In this document: positions 63,601 to 64,000 of the stretch, piece by piece | Numbering within the stretch: the stretch's first letter is position 1 | How the letters are laid out: each line of letters opens with the position of its first letter | NCBI RefSeq assembly: GCF_009914755.1 | Contig: NC_060944.1 | Strand: one strand, 5' to 3' | Source of the DNA: the human T2T-CHM13v2.0 reference genome, Homo sapiens | DNA length: 64,000 bases | Translations under genes and position numbers: made by a program | Notes under the pieces: generated by a model | Database searches by the model: none | What the model was told of the DNA's origin: nothing | What the model saw: the letters and a program-made list of their open reading frames with translations, nothing else

Positions 63601-64000
63601 GTGGTGGAGAGTAGGGGCTTATTGGAGTATGAGAACCTTGAGCAGGTGTAAGGAGCCTGTCAACACTGCGCTGGCCTCAGGGCCTCTAGGGAGGCTGCCA
63701 GTTGTGCATTCTGAGGATACCTTTTGGTTGTGCCTTTTGTCTGGTCAGATTATCTAGAGATGCTCTGCCTCCTACCTGGAGGAGAAGGGTCTAGCTGCCA
63801 GCGGTGTGAGTGTCTCTTGGGGAAAAGGACTCGAGTTCCTGGTGTTTGGCTTGTGTATGGCCGCTTACCCCATTTTTGGTGGAGCGCTCACATCTTCCAC
63901 TGTGCCAACAGTCTTGCTGCAGTTCATAGACCTTCTGGTTTACATTTTTCCAGAAAGTATGTCTTTAGATTTCTGCAGAAGTCTGAGGAGCATGGAAGGA

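Overview
Primate (almost certainly human, chr20q13) genomic DNA containing about 14 kb of upstream sequence, the CpG-island promoter, exon 1 and most of the roughly 50 kb intron 1 of PTPN1 (PTP1B), on the + strand. The only supportable coding sequence is exon 1 (14160-14222, [21 protein letters not shown], donor CAG|GTGCGG). I found no exon 2 (DIRHEASDF...) in the window. The rest is a dense repeat landscape: about 49 Alu elements or monomers by manual count, MIR, L2, old L1/HAL1, MaLR/ERV LTRs, hAT DNA transposons (MER45A, MER5A, MER33) and a 7SL pseudogene. I see no novel protein-coding system; the long ORFs in the track are repeat-derived or compositional. The best observations are: (1) a TSD-flanked FLAM+7SL chimeric retrocopy with a 19-nt duplication; (2) a 126-bp locally templated insertion inside an Alu, copied from 1303 bp downstream; (3) a 5' leader with two uORFs overlapping at AUGA, followed by a G-quadruplex-capable tract; (4) a near-perfect RFX X-box in the promoter; (5) nested or alternative hairpins and a candidate poison exon in intron 1. 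Repeat subfamily names and boundaries are by eye from remembered consensus sequences and are approximate.
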